Positions 1-13,639 of a stretch of 64,000 nt of DNA are shown piece after piece. The stretch is from Vicugna vicugna (taxonomy: Eukaryota): contig MU058714.1 in assembly GCA_013265495.1 (NCBI GenBank), forward strand, positions 496,001-560,000, in the 5' to 3' direction. Position 1 is the stretch's first letter. Each line of letters starts with the position of its first letter. The position numbers and the translations under genes are program-made. The notes under the pieces are model-generated. The model did not search any database and was not told where the DNA came from. It worked only from the letters and a program-made list of their open reading frames with translations.

Positions 1-2082
1 CCATACGCATCTGTTACGGCCAAACACAGACAGGCTTTCTGATCCACCGTGGGCACCGGCTCCGCCTGGACCCTCTGCATCAGGCACCCCAGCACCCAGA
101 AAAGTGGTTCACAGTGCGGTGCTGGGGGCCATGGCTGTGCGGTGGGCCGGGACCCCTCAGTACCCTGGCAGGTCCCCCAGGTCTGCAGAACAGAATCATC
201 ACCACCCAGGCTGTGGTTTCCCAACTTTTCAGTGACGTTCCCCTAGGCAATTTTAAAATGGAATGAATACTAATAATAATTTGACTAAATTTAGGTGTTC
301 CCCTTAGGCATCTGATTAAATTTCATGAACTCTTTTTCAGGCTTTCAGCCCAAATCTGCCTCCTCTCCCGGCTTCACGGCAAGGACTGCTTGGCCATCAC
401 ATGGGTCAGTGGCCTCCCCCTGTCGGGCTGGAATGTCCCTCTGGAAAGGGGCTTCTGGGGAAGGGCAGTCGGGGTTTGCAGTGCTGTCTTGTGAGTCAGG
501 GGAACCGAGGTCCATCCAGAAAAAGAGCATGTAGTCACAGAAGCACCTCAAAGACCGGGAGATGAATCGATCTGCTTCCCTAACGATGGACCGGCTGGGG
601 AGCACAGCCCGTGGGAGGGATGGCGGAGCTGGAGCCAGAGCCTTCCGGATTCTGAGCTCTGGGCTTTGCACCCTCCACGCAGCTCCTCTCCACTGTCAGC
701 CAGTCTGGGTTTGTGTGAACCATCCGGGAGCCCCATTAGCAGAGGCAGCCAATCCTGACAGGCTCTTTCCAACATGCCATCTAGGATGCTCAGAGTAACG
801 GCCCAGGGACCGCCTTGCTGTGCCCTCCTGTGCTCAGCCGGGCGCCCACAGTCCCTGCAGGCTGGAAGGGGAGCCGTGAGCACCGCAGGAACCCCACCAG
901 AGCTGACCCGGAGCTGCTGGTATTGAGGGTAGGGGTCAGCGACTGGGCCCAGGGTGCTGGCGTGGGGGGGCTCTGGGGGGACTGCTGGTCACTCTCTCCC
1001 ACTCCCAACCCCAAACTGCAAATAATGATGACAGTAAGTTAGAAACCTGCCTGCATTCTTGGGTGGTGCGCTGGCTACTCATTTATGCTCATTTAAATTC
1101 CATCCACAAGGTTGACGCCACAGACCTGAACTCCGTGTACAGCGCCTCACCCCGTGAGTGATGTCAGAACGGAACTTGTTTTGGTTCCTTTTCCTCCCTC
1201 CCTACGACACCCCTTACACGCCACTCCTGTTCCTTCGTCCCTGGGCCTGGTTCCACGTTGACCAACAGCATCCTTGGGTACCAAGGCTTTGCTCGCTTGA
1301 CTCAGGGCATTTGAGGCAAGCCAGGATTGGGACGCTGGCTGACAGAATCTTCTTAGGGCAAAATGGTTATTCACCAGCCCGGGGAGGACGCGCATAGAGT
1401 GCTCTGCTTCTTGGGGTGGCATAGCCGTCCTCCCATCAGACTGACTCAGCCCCACCCCGAAGCTCTCAGTGGGCCTCGAATGCCAAGCAACTGTCCATCC
1501 TTGGAGCTGGTTTACAGGGTGGCAGGGACAGAAACTCCAGGGTGTGCGCAGTGGCAGATCCCAGGGAGACAGCGCGTCTCCCTGCCTCCTGGTCCTGGCA
1601 GGAGGATTTGGGGACCCTCAGGTGAGGGCTTTCTCTTTTTGATGCACTTATCTATAAAATCACAAAGACCCAGGAGATAAACGGGCCCATTATACGTCGC
1701 AAAAGAAGAAACAGAGTGAACAAACATACAGGAATACATTCAAAATCATCGTTGGTCATAAAGAGATGCATACAAGCGTGGTTTTTAGCCCAGGGATCAG
1801 CAATGATTTATTTTCAAAGGGGTGGAAGGCAACGTGGGGAACACTGGGAGGTACCATGAGGCCGGCACCTCCTCCCGCCCCAGGCGAAGTGAGCAGTCAA
1901 ATCTCTACCCTCTCCATAAGCCCTTCTTTCATCGGAAAAGGAATGAGCCTGTTACAAATTCAGACACTGAAAAGCGTGTAAAGTAAAACTAAAATCGCTT
2001 GCTCCTTTGCCAGCCTCAGCCCAGACTCAACCCTGCTCCTCCAGGTAACAGCGGGCCACGCAGTCCTCTGTGGGTGTTTACC

Positions 2083-2126
<44 letters not shown>

Positions 2127-2127
2127 T
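2083..2127. repeat. (CG)n(CA)n compound microsatellite
   Basis: CGTGCGCGCGCGCACACA...CACGCAT, uninterrupted purine-pyrimidine alternation. Confidence 0.95.
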
Positions 2128-3944
2128 TAAAGCAGAAATAGGATCGTGCTGCCAATGCTGTGTTACAGCTGGGTCTTTTCCAGTTCCTGTATTCACAGCC
2201 CTTGTCCTGTCAGCGTATCCAGCCGGCTGCACCTCTTTTTAAGGGCTGCTTCGGGTTCTGTGTCTTTATTTAAACAATCCCTATAGACAAAGACTTGGGA
2301 AGCTTCCTGTTTTAATTTTTTATAAAATAAACAATATCACATTGAATTTCAGGGTGTGTGAAAGTGTACGCATTAAACCTTTGTACGTGCATAAAATTAC
2401 ACACCAGACCTTTGTGCACATGCAGATGTGTACCTCTGTGGATACGAGTGTGTGTACGCAGTATCCATGCCCTGGGGCACATCGGGGAATCTGTCCACAA
2501 CCAAGGCTCAAACCTCTAAAGCAGCAACTGGCAACATGTCTCAAGAATTGAAAACGTTCCCCTCTTTGACTCTGCTTCTGGGAACTCACTGGAGGAATAA
2601 ACCCATCTGTGCCCCAGCACCTGACACATGCAGGTGTCTTGTAGGACGTGCAGAAAACTGGAAACAACTCAATGTCCATGTAAAAATGTATGGTCAAGCA
2701 AAATGTCATATGTCTACCTAATACGATATTATGCAGGCATTTAAAATGATGGCCGTTAAGAAGACATGGGGAGAACTTGCAATAGGACGTGAATTGAAAA
2801 TAGCAGGACAGAACACACACAATCCTGGTCGGGGGAGGGGGAGGGCAAGCCGGCCCATCACCCGCGTAAACAATGGATGTGTCTCGTGATGCTGAGCACA
2901 CATCCCAGAGATTCGCGCCCTGCACCAAAGATGGGTGCAAGAACTGTCACAGAGAAACCCCCAAACACACCACATGGCGACTGTCAGGAACACAGACAGA
3001 CAAACTGGGGAGCAAGTCACAGCTTGGGGTACTGCACGGCAGTCACAAGGAATGAACCGTGTGATCTTAGACACAGAGTTGGTCACAGAAGGTTGCAAAG
3101 GCTGCTGGCAGGTTAATAACGCTCAAAAGCAGTCAAAGCTAAGCACCTGTTACTGGGAAAGATACACAGATGTGGACAACCTGCCTTAAAAGGGGGAGGA
3201 AATGGTGCCCACGGCATTCCAGCAAGTGACTCCTCCCGGAGCCCGGCCTCCAGGGGAGGAAGGAGACGCGGTGGCTGGGCCAGCTCAGCCCGGCAGCTCT
3301 GCGTCCGGTAATGACGGAGCATTTTGTTTTTAGGCTGTGCCATTTACAGTCTATGTATGTTTTTTGCATGTATCCAGTAGAATAAAATTTAGAATTATTA
3401 TTTTTAAAAATCAAGACACCAAATTTTACGAACAGCACGTCTGCAACTCTGAAATAACTTAGGCATCAGAAACAAAAAAATAGAAGTAAGTGCAAAGCTG
3501 GAGGAAGTCCACCAGGATGCTGACCGTGCTGGTCACGGGTGGCGTCCTACCCCCTTGCTTTACCTTTTCCCTAGTTTCCAAAATTTCTTTAGGAAGGAGG
3601 TGTTACTTTTATAATTAAAGAAGAAAATCATTAAAATCATGAATCCCTCCAAATAATTAAAAAACATCAAAGGCAAAAACAAATCAAAAAGAGTGAGAAC
3701 CTGCCCTCTACAAACAAAAAATAACCCCAAGCAGTTAACCCACGGTTTCAGCAGGGAGAGAAACCGAGCAGGTCAGAGGAGCACCCAAGTCAGTCCTGGG
3801 ACGAAAGCAGAGCCCACAGGGGCCCTTCGGGGACCTTGGTTTTCCCCTGGCCACCAACCCACCTCTGGCATCAGACGCCAGCACCCACGCGGGGCCTCCC
3901 ACGGGCCGGCACAGGGGCTCCGGTGTGGCCCTACACTATTCCTC

Positions 3945-4331
3945 TTCCATGGCTGCCCTAACAAATCCCCACGAACTGGGCGCCTTAAAACAACAGGACC
4001 TCTTCTGCCACAGTCCTGGAGGCCGGAAGTCCAAAGCCAAGGTGTCCTGAGGGCCATGATGCCTCGGAAGGCTCGAGGGCAGACGCCCCATCCTTGGTGT
4101 GCAGCCTGCATCACTGTGATCTATCTCTGCGTCACCTGGCCTCCGCACTGGGTCTGGGGGTCCTTCTCTGTCTTTCAGAAGAACACTTATTGGGTGTAGG
4201 GCCCACCCTAATCCAGTCTGATGCACCTTGATCTCTGCCTTAATTCCATCTGCAAAGACCCTTCCCAATAAGGTTCCACTCTGAGGTTCTGGGGGAACAC
4301 GATCTGGGGGGACAGCATTCAACCCAGCACA
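3945..4331 (-). mobile_element. MaLR (MLT1-type) solo LTR
   Basis: GGCTGCCCTAACAAATCCCCACGAACTGGG...GGAGGCCGGAAGTCCAA...CTGCAAAGACCCT...AAGGT...ATTCAACCCAGCACA pattern; subfamily uncertain. Confidence 0.8.
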
Positions 4332-6621
4332 CACAGCTCCCAGTAACGGAAGGCGTTTTGAACTGGCTTCTACAACTGGGAAGCTGGGCAGTGTGTGCAA
4401 GACAGGACAGCTTCTCCAAGGCCAGGCGGATTCCTGGGGGGCGGGGGGGCATCGCGCTGCCTGGTCCTGGGGTGCCTGGCTCTCACTCTCAGAGGGGACA
4501 GCTCCTGGGCACCTGGGCCAGTCCATCTCGGGTTCCTTCCCTCCATGCTCGAGGGAGCGGGGGCTCCGTGCCCTGAGAGCCTGGCACTGAGTCGGGCCCG
4601 AGGGATGAAGCGTCTGCAGCCAGGACCCGGTCCTTGTGGTCATATCACTCCCCGGTCTCCACGTGCTCCTCAGACATGTACTTCCCACCATAAACTGTGC
4701 TAAATGCTGTTTAGTAGCTAATTAACTTTCTGTGTGAAGACCTCTCTAATTGCGCGCTCTCCCCCTCCGCTGGGGTCCTCGGGGCACGTAAAGCTGTCCT
4801 AGGGCATTTGTTCTGCTGCTCCAGCCTCGCGGGCACGACTTCCCGCCCGGCAACAAACTGCCAATCAAGGCAGCAGAGGTCAAGGGGGACCAAATTAGGA
4901 GCCCTCCGCTGCTGCCAAACTTGCTTGGCGAAGCTTAATTTAAACAGAAAGCAAAAAGGTGGTGAAAAATAATTTTTCCCAATGAAACTCTTTGCCAGGC
5001 GGCAGAAGGGGCACCATCCTCTCCTCTCCAGAATGGCTGGTTTCTCCTTTGAAATGTTCCGACTGGAATCTGTTTGTATTTTGAGTGCTCCGGCATCTGT
5101 CATCCATCAAACGGAGAGATAATCAGAAAATAAAAGCTTTTGATTAGCACATGCAGAAATCACGGCGGTGCCAGTTACTGCATGGTCCCCATGCAGGGGT
5201 GCGGGGTGGAGGCAGCAAAGGTGCTGGTGGGTCCACATCCACCCACTTGGGGCCAAAGGCCATTACCAGCTTGTGAGCTGGTCTCAGACTGTACTTCTAG
5301 GGCACGTGGGGCACAAGCTCCACATCGCAAGAATGCATTCACTTCTCCAGTGCAAGGAGGTCTCTGAATGTCCTCCCAGAGAGACGTCCAACCCAAGCGG
5401 GTGTTTCTGATTGTCACAAGTACACGGAATTTCACATCAGAGCTTGAGGACAGGCCCCTCGGCCCTGCACCCTCAGCGCCACCGGGGCGGCTCCACAGCC
5501 CCAGGACACCTTCCAGGGCCCTCCCCTGCAGAGCGTCCTTGTGAGGCCTCCTCACCCTGAGACCTGCACAAGACAGAGCAGAGGACAAAGGCTTCCCCTG
5601 CCACCTGGGACAGCAGGGGCTCCGGGCGGCAACTCCTGCTCTGAAGGACGGGTGGGGCCTGGGTGTCCACAATACCCCACTCCTCGTGTCTTACGAACGG
5701 GCGGACCCGCTCTAGAGGGTGAATGGGCTTAACCTTGGACACCAACACCCCAGCTGGGTCTCCCACTCACCAGGAAGGGCTCGGCAAACCTGCCCCTGCA
5801 GGAGGCTGTGGCTCAGCCCCACCTTCCTATCCTGTGTCCTCAGTGGGCCACATCGCTCTGTCAAGTCAACGGGAAGGTTTGGCTGAGTGAGAAGCCTGCG
5901 GCGCATGGGTGCCTGAGACCCTGCGGGGTGGGGCGGAGGCTGTCCTGGTGCGCCCTGGGCTGCCTCCGCCGTGACCCCCGGGAGGAGCTGGGCTTGGAGC
6001 CAGCTGTGCCGTTTGCCCTGTGGGCTCCGCTGCTCGCTCTTCCGGGCTCCCTTCCCACGGTGGCCTTAGAGCAAAGCCACCTGGGGTGTATTCTGCTTCC
6101 ACAGAGGCCCTCGGAAGCGAGGTGGGGCGCCAGCATCACTGCCCTGGGCGGAATCGGGCCTCCAGCCAGAATCAGAGACACCAGAGCATCTTCTAGGCTG
6201 TGGCCACATCCAACCAAGAGCGGGAATTATCCGGAACATCTCGTTCTGGGTGGGGTGAGGAACAAGCATTTCTTTAAGGATGGTTATTTTAAAAACAGAA
6301 CACGCACAGGCCTGTGGCCGTGGACCAGGGTGGAGGCTGGGGGCGCACGGTCCTCTGGGGAAGCGTCTTCCCCCCGGTTTTGTGGACGCGGCCTCACGCT
6401 GCCAGGGGAGCCCTGGGTGCTGCGGCAAGCGGGCTCTCAGGGGAAAGAACATCATGTGGGAACAAGGAGATGGGGTCGGAGGGGCCTGACTTAGAGGCGA
6501 GCAAGGAATTTCCCTTTGTGGAGCTTTTAATAGGGGGCAAACACATGTGTTTGGAGGCCCACAGGCTTGGAACCCTCTGAGGGTCTTGCATGCTTAGCCT
6601 GCATGAGATCTGGAGGGTATA

Positions 6622-6939
6622 CGGTCATCCCTCAGGACCTGTGAGGGACTGGCTTTAGGACCCCTACCGATACCCAAATCCGTGGACGCTGGAGTCCCTT
6701 ACATAAAATGGCATAACATTTGCATACAACTATGCCCATCCTCCCGTAGACTTTAAATCATCCCTGGGTGACTTTCAACGCCTAACGCAATGGCAATGTC
6801 ATGTCAAGAGTTGCTGGCATGTGGCAAATTCAGGTTCTGCTTTTTGGGACTTTCTGGAAATTTTTTTTCCCCGAGAATTTTCAACCTGAGTTTGGTGGAA
6901 TCAGCAGATGCGGAACCTGCACATACAAAGTGCCGACTG
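6622..6939. mobile_element. Tigger-family MITE (MER2-like)
   Basis: Termini CGGTCATCCCTC...GCCGACTG flanked by TA; internal GATACCCAAATCCGTGGACGCT...ATAAAATGGCATAACATTTGCATA. Confidence 0.78.
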
Positions 6940-9899
6940 TACCTTACACTTGGAAAAACTAGCCCAGCCATTCTGAAGGTGATTAAAAAACAAAACAAAG
7001 GGAAACCTAGACAGGTAGAGGAAAATGAGAGGATATTGAATATTTTCTTCCGACTCAAACAAAATGCTCAAGTTCTTCTCCCTGAAACTGTGGGGGGGGG
7101 GGCTGCATATATGTGGTATGAATGCGTGCCTGTGTCTGTGTACGCGTGTGTGTGTGTGTTTGAAGCCAGGATCCGCGTTCCCATCCAGGCCAGGCCAACC
7201 TTCAGCTACGAAAGGACTGGCGTTTCCCTGCGGGGTTCCAGCCCCAGGCGCTGGGACTAGGAAGGCGGGGGATAGGTACTATGCACTCCCAGAAATCACT
7301 GTATTTATTTACTTTGAACGTTTTCCCTGACACCTACCAGGGAGGTGCTGGCCTGGCCACCAGCCCTGGCCTCCTTGGCAAGTGGGTGTCTGCCCAGTCT
7401 TTCATGTTCTTTCCAAAGTCACAAACAAAATACCACAACCCGAGAAGTCACACCGGCTGACGGGCCCCTCTCCGAGCTTCAGCAAAGGCTGCGGCCAGTT
7501 GGCCCAGACTGGAGCTAGCTTTCCTTTGTCACCTGCAGAGAGCTGGGGGTGAAGTCCAAACCCCATACCGTCAGCTCCCGGGGGGCACGGTGGGCACCCC
7601 TGGATGGGGCTCCCTGGATCTGCCCGGAGTTAGATGGTGGAGGAAAGTTAGACGCGACCAGCCGGGGCTGCTCCCCGCGTTCCAAGAATTCGTCAGCGCA
7701 CACCAGCAGCTCAGCACACGCGTTCCACCGCAGAAGGGACAAAACCCAAATTATTCACTTTAGGGGTGAAGGGAGTTTCTCTGGAAGGTTCTACGGTCAC
7801 ACAGCAGAACTCGGCGGCCGCTGCTCGTTTTGCCTGGTGAAGCCTCACAAAACCAAAGCTCAGTTCCGCCAAGCGCAGTAAGCGTGCCCCGGCCAGCCCC
7901 GCAGAAAGGCGCTGGCGCGGCCGTGCCTCCAGCATCGCCCCTCCCCGCGCACGCCGGCTCCCCGCTCGGGCCCTTTCTGCGGACCCGACACCCTCCGTCC
8001 CGTCGAGGACAAGCCTTTCAATCAATAAAAGGGAAAAAACTTCCCCCAAAGGACGTTTCTTAAAAAAAAGAAAGCGCTGGGAGGAGTGGGCACATCTCCT
8101 GCCGTCCATCACACCAACTCCAACTCCGGCCTGGTGACCCCACTCACAGATGGGACCCGCGGTGGCCCCAAGGACACCCGAGTGTGGGGGGCCAGGGAGA
8201 CCCCCGCGGGCAGCACTGCCTTCCCCTGAGGGAGAAGTGCCGTGAGCACAGGAGCAGGCTCTGCCTCTAAGTAGTCGGAGCGGAGCCCTCAAAGCCGGGG
8301 GACTACCGCGCTGTACAGGGTAAATGCCCGAGGCCTCTTCACTGGGTCCCCGTGGTTCGGGTGGGGCTGTCATCTCCATCGGTGCGGCCTTGAGCGGGTG
8401 ACCTTTCCACTCTGAGCCTTGTTTGAGTGACAGAGGGGCCCCCCAAAATAAATGCGGTGCTGGATGTTCTCAAGGTCACCTTGTTCTAAAGGCTTCTCCC
8501 CGTGTGGGCGGGGCTGCTCTCGGCCTGGGCAGACGGGCAAGTCTGTACAGACGCCGTCTGCAGGGTGGCCCTGTCCTGGCAGAGGTGACAGGTGCTGAGT
8601 CATCAGGGGCTTGGGCTCCCAGCTGGGCCATCCCGTGAGTGATGACCCCAGGCGTGGGTTCCCAGGGAGGCCTGAGCTCCTGACCTGTGCCGTCAGGGAC
8701 ACTGGCCACTCAGGGCAGGTTCGTGTTGATCTTTGGCCAAGCACCTGCCAGACTCAAAGGTCACCCCGTGTATTTGCTGTTCCTGGACGTCTGGACTTGG
8801 CATCTGGGTCCCTTTGAGAAGGCAGGTGTGCCCTCCAGGGGACCACTCCAAGCAGTACCCGACCCCTACCGCTTGGCCCCAAGGCAGGAAGGAGAGGGCT
8901 TTGGGCTCCGAGGGCGGCCACCACGAGGCCCAGCCCGGCAGGCTAACGGGAGGCGGGGTGAGAGCAGGCCGGCTTCTCCAGCCCAGTTCCCACAAACCTG
9001 CCTCCCCGGTGGCCCTCGCTCACTTCACCCATGACCTGAGTTACCCTTTGCTTTGCTGCAGGCTGGGAGGGCTCTGGAACCTTCAGTAAAATAGAAAAAG
9101 CAGTGCTCAGCTACAAGAGGGCATGAACACTGGCCCGGCCAGCCTCATACGCGTTCCTGGTAGAGGTTTCTGCGGTGTGGGAGGCGGGCTGCTGTGCCTC
9201 ACCCAGCCAGCCCCTACCTGATGCCCCTTTCTGGACTCCCAGTATCAACTCCCATCCTCTGGGGGGCACTTGGGGGCTCGGGGTCACATGCAGGGAGACG
9301 TGGTGCCTTCCCTTCAGTGGCAGGCACCCCAAGGGCGTGCTCAGTTTCCCAATTCTCAGGAGACACGGGGAGAGTCTAAGTTCTGGAAAAGGCTGGGGAA
9401 GTGGAATCTCCTGACCTGACCTTGGCAAACCTCTGGGGGCTTCCTCCAGGTTTCCCCACCCACCAGAGTCTCGGAAGAACCAGCTTTCAGGGTCTAGCTC
9501 TGGATTTGACTTTCAGCTGCTTTCGTTTTGTGTGGAACACCCTGTGTTGAGAGCAGGTGTGCGTCCCTCTTACAGGGAGGCCTGTGTGGTGACCAGTCTT
9601 GGCCTTGGTCTCCAGGAGGAGATCCAGTGGTGAGAGCCTGGCCGCGGTCAGCCCTCCAGCCAGGGCGCCCTGGCTGGCCACACCAGCCTCTCCTTCCAAC
9701 CCAGGCAGAGGGACGCCCCCAGCCAGCAGCCTTGGGCCACACAGATGTGGCTGCCAAATGCCTGGAGTCCCAGACCAATGTTGGGGCAGGGGACAATCGA
9801 CACAGGCTTACGGACTAATCTGAAAAAGCTGGTCCTCAGAAGGCTGGGAAGATGTGCACCCAGGGTGGTTTCCCACAGTCCTGTTACCCTGGGTGATCT

Positions 9900-10425
9900 C
9901 AATTTTTTTTCCTTCTTTTTTTTTCTATTATGGCAAAATAAATGTAAAATGTACCATTTTAGCTCCTTTAACTGTACCGCGCAGTGGTACCAAGTATGGT
10001 TACACTGCTGTGCAGCCATCACCACCACCCATCTCAGAACTCCTCGTCTTTCCAAAAGGAAACTGTCCCCATTAAACACTAACTCCCCATCACCCTCGCT
10101 CAGCCTCTGGTAACCTCTGTTCCTGTCTCTATAAATGTGACAATTTAGGAACCTCATACGAGTGGAGTCACAGTGTCTTTTGTGACTGCCTTGTTTCACT
10201 GAGCGTAATGTCCTCAAGGCAACTCCATGCTGTAGCAGGTGTCAGGACTTCCCTCCTTTTTAAGGATGAAAACTATTCCATTGTGCGGATGAACCACACT
10301 TTGTGTATCCGTTCATCCATCGATGGACACTTGAGTTGCTTCCGCCAATTGTGAATGATGTTGCTGTGAACCTGGATGTGCAAACACCTGTTTGAGTCTC
10401 TGCTTTCAGTCCTCTGGGGTACCAT
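9900..10425 (-). mobile_element. Old L1M (L1MB/MC-like) 3' UTR fragment
   Basis: CCCATTAAACACTAACTCCCC...GTTTCACTGAGCGTAATGTCCTCAAGG...GATGGACACTTGAGTTGCTTCC...GTGAATGATGTTGCTGTGAAC. Confidence 0.8.
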
Positions 10426-13400
10426 CCCTTTATTTCTAACACTTCTCTATTAACCACATATTATCTATATAAAAATCGTGATTTTTTTAAAAAGAAAGGG
10501 GTCCAGTAAATTTCAGACAAGGCCACCCTTTAGACTCAGCTGGGCTGTCCTAGGGGTCAGCGCGTCCCCAGGCGCAGTGAAAGGACAGAAAGCAGGCCGT
10601 ATTGGGGTGTGCGGCTGACCGCTCCCTCCCATCCCGGGTCTAACATCAGCCCTGCACTCCTCTCTGGGGCCAGAGGCCAAGCCTGTCTAGGATCCGTCTG
10701 GTCTCTGGGGAGGCAGTGGACTGCACAAGATTGGGGGTGAGGGGGTCATGCTCATGCCTGCAACTCTCCACCCACCAGACCCCCAGACAGGAGGCAGAAA
10801 GTCAGTGAGGAGACGGAAGCCAGCTGAAAATGGAGACCGAACACAGGAAAAGAGCGTCCAGCAGCCCCACAGTCGAGGGACCCCGGCTTGGGTCTGAACT
10901 GGCGCTCCCTCCCCAACGCACACCCCCAGGCAGCCCCTTGGGAGGAGGCAGTGAGAAGAGACGGGGGACAGGTGAGCAACAAAGGGCAGATGGAACTTCC
11001 TCTCTGGGGACCCAGGCGGGGGTGGGGCGGGAGGCGCGGTGGCCGCGGGCGGGCAGTGGACACCCCTGGCTGATCTGGGGGAAGCCTGCCATCTGCTGGG
11101 CACGCGGAGAGCCCTTCTCAGCCAAAGTGCCACCTCTAGGAAAATGGAGTTTCAAAGGTTTGGTGTTTGCCAGCCTCCTTCACGGGGAAGCGGCGGGGCC
11201 GTGATGCCTGGCCAGACTCAATTCTGAGGCTGGAGGAGACGGGCCGCCACTCGGCAGATGGCCGGGCCCAGGTGGCCCTCAGTGCCCCACGTCCACGCCC
11301 GCCCGGGAGCAGGCTCCCCTGCACGTCTGCCCTGTGGACCCGACAAAGACGGCTGTCTGCAGCCCCGCAGCTCTGCGGGGAACACAATGCGTCCTTTCAC
11401 CCCAGGTGGGTCTGGCGGAGCGTGGCCACCTCCCTGGGGGTGCCTGGCGGGCGGCTGGCCCTATACTTCACTGCTCGCGGTTTGGAAGCTCAAGCACTGT
11501 CACTTTCAACAACCGTCAGGGAAACTTCTGAGCTGACATCGTGTTTGTCACGTCGATCTTACCCTGAAGGGGAAAGCTTAGGAGCCCATGCCTGTCCTCA
11601 CTCTCCCAAAAGGGGGGAACCACGACCCCAATTAAATCGTGGCATTGTGACCGTGAGCACGCGGAGCCCGGGGGAGCCAGCAGGGAGCCCGCTGTCACTC
11701 GACACCCTTCCCGGCAGCCCGGCAGCCCGCCAGGCTCGGAGAGAGACCGTAGCTACCAAAAATAATCCTCCCAGTGTTTAAATATTTACAGAAGCAAGAC
11801 AGATCCTGATGCCTTTACCATCCACAGGGTCCGGCCCTCCCCGCCAGCACTGCGGCTCCTGGGAGAGGCCACGTCCAGCCCCGCCCCCTTTGCTGGGTCC
11901 CAGGTTTCCTCCCCTTCCCCTCCCCCCAGATGTGGGCGGGGCTCCTCTTCCCATGACCCATGAGACAGTCACCCTCCCCTCTTCCAGAACACTTCCACTC
12001 CCGACTTCTTCCTCCCATGTTACCCTGACCCTGGCAGGCACCTCCCTCCTACAAGCCCTTTCTGGCCCCACAGCCCCTCTGGAAAGGCCCATCCTTCTCT
12101 AGCGGGTCTGCACCTCATCTGGGAAACAATCACACAAAATGTGCAGAAGAGGTGTGTGGCCATCTGAGCCCTCAGGCTCGTCTCTGTGCCCCGCCCTGGA
12201 GACCTCCAGTGTGCTGACCAGCCGTGCCTCGTGATGGCCTTGTGGGCATGGACGGTCACCGTCCCACCGTGTCAGGGAGAAGCTGGGCAACGAAGGTGGA
12301 GACTTGCCGGGGCACGTGGCTGGGCAGAGCTGGGACGTGACGAGGGGCGTGGCTGCAGGGCAGCCACACTGAGGGACCATCTGCGTCATCACCTACAGCT
12401 AAGGAAGGTCTGGAGCTTGCCTGAGGCCACCTGCTGGCAATAGAGTCCAAGTCGGCTTCCACCGGCCCTCAGCTTTCAAAGCACAGGCGGTTTGGAGTGA
12501 CCAGCGTGGCTGGGCTTCAGCTGTCAGATCGTCAGGGAGACCACACCCTCAGGTTCCCAAAACAGATCCCTCGAAGCAAGGAAGCACATCCTGGGTACAG
12601 TGAAGGGGCCACCAGGAGCCCTTTCTCCTGGTACATCACAGGCATTTAGGGAACATTGGCTGAATTAAATGAAAAACCCGAATAAAAATGCCTTGTTTAC
12701 TCTGCTGGGAATGAACGCTAAGGCAAATGGCAGCAGATATGGGAGGTTCCACTCAATAGACAAAGGTCGTTTGCCAGCCCCTGCCGCCCTCAGGGAGGAT
12801 TTCGTCAGGTATCGGGTTACATTGCAACAGCCAGGCGTGGGTCCCCAAAGGCAGAGCACGGGCTCCCTGCCCGCCTGGGGGGCGCTGCCACGTCACTGCT
12901 CTGTGACCTCACGCTCAGAGCTCCTGGAGCTCACATGGGCCCTGGGCCCCACAGAGCGGCCGCCAGGGCTGCTGATGCAAGAGCCGGGCCCCGGGGCCTC
13001 TGGCTTCCTGCTCCCGATGGCGGCTCCGGGCGTGCGGCTCCGAGCAGTCGGAGCAGCCCAGCCCCCAGAGGGCATCCCCACAGCCCCCTGCAATAAATCA
13101 TCGAGGGCTGCGTCAAGGACCCCCTGAGGGCTGTCATGGTTCAGGAGCTGAGGGGGAGAGGCGACAACAGTTTCATTTCCTTGTCCTTCGACAGCCATCC
13201 TGCAGTGGGAGCGCCACGTCCCTGGGGAGCGTGGCCTTGCCCAGAGCCTGAACTCCTTCTTTTCACTTCAGGAGGGTTGATGCACTTATTTCCTCCCTGT
13301 CCTGACAGCTTTAATAGAAAGAGGTCAGCTTTCCAAAGAGCTGACAGTCCTTGGGAGGGCAGTCAACAATAGCGTGCTTCCAGGGAGACCCGCCCGCACG

Positions 13401-13639
13401 AGGGCTCTGCCAGGAATCTCTTTGGAATGTTGCTTCCGTGGGGGACACACCTGGCTGGTGACTTCCAGAATCCCTGCTCCGAGTCAGGGAGCAGTCAGGG
13501 CTACAGAACCCTCCACCCCCCAAGCTGGGGTAACAGAACACTTTTCCAGAATTCCTCCTAGAAGCCATCCAGCCATCAAAGACAAAGGAAGAGGGCTGGC
13601 CAGAGAATATTTCAAAAAAAAAAAAAAAGAGGCTACCAA

